Assembly: GCA_002633005.1 (NCBI GenBank)
Contig: NMRA01000467.1
Span: 26,775 to 90,774, forward strand
Source of the DNA: Phoronis australis
Lineage: Eukaryota; Animalia; Phoronida
Direction: 5' to 3'
DNA length: 64,000 nucleotides
The notes under the pieces were generated by a model. It saw only the letters and a program-made list of their open reading frames with translations, was not told the origin of the DNA and did no database searches. The translations under genes were made by a program, and so were the position numbers. This document shows, one piece after another, positions 63,776 through 64,000 of the stretch. How positions within the stretch are numbered: position 1 is the stretch's first letter; every line of letters begins with the position of its first letter.

Positions 63776-64000
63776 CTGCAGGGAAACGAAATGTAATGCA
63801 GCATATACACCACATACAGACCTACAGGAGCGTTTACATAATGCATAGATATATAAAGGTGGACATCATACAGGACCTGTACCACAAGGCCATCAGTGGG
63901 ATATTGCATAGTACAAAGATTATATGTATAAGAGTAAAGACAGCTTTACCAAGGAATGGTGCAGGTCACAAAATAAGTGTAACACAAATCTTATACAAAT

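Overview
Eukaryotic genomic DNA, AT-rich and repeat-dense, probably from a marine invertebrate (species cannot be determined). It has two N-gaps, and most ORFs in the supplied track are spurious. Three spliced host genes were reconstructed by hand from GT-AG sites and reading frame. (1) A Nox1/2/3-type NADPH oxidase (gp91phox/CYBB-like) on the - strand: 7 coding exons from the ATG at 28412 down to 1153, apparently continuing past the left edge. (2) Head-to-head with it, about 2.1 kb away, a complete 6-exon, 200-codon PRXL2B/FAM213B (SelU family) gene on the + strand (30552-51052). Its active site reads RRFG-TGA-PFC, i.e. a UxxC selenocysteine motif, and a canonical SECIS lies at 56140-56212 just before AATAAA signals, probably in a separate 3'-UTR exon. 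(3) The last two exons of an ANKRD6/diversin-like gene on the - strand, with a long motif-rich tail. Introns and intergenic DNA hold decayed, nested transposons: a Penelope-like 3' end with a minimal hammerhead ribozyme, a Gmr1-type Gypsy (integrase before RT), a second Gypsy, Tc1 and mariner relics, LINE fragments, Kolobok-, hAT-, Harbinger- and Helentron-type non-autonomous elements, SINEs and minisatellites. Homology calls come from recalled family motifs, not database searches.
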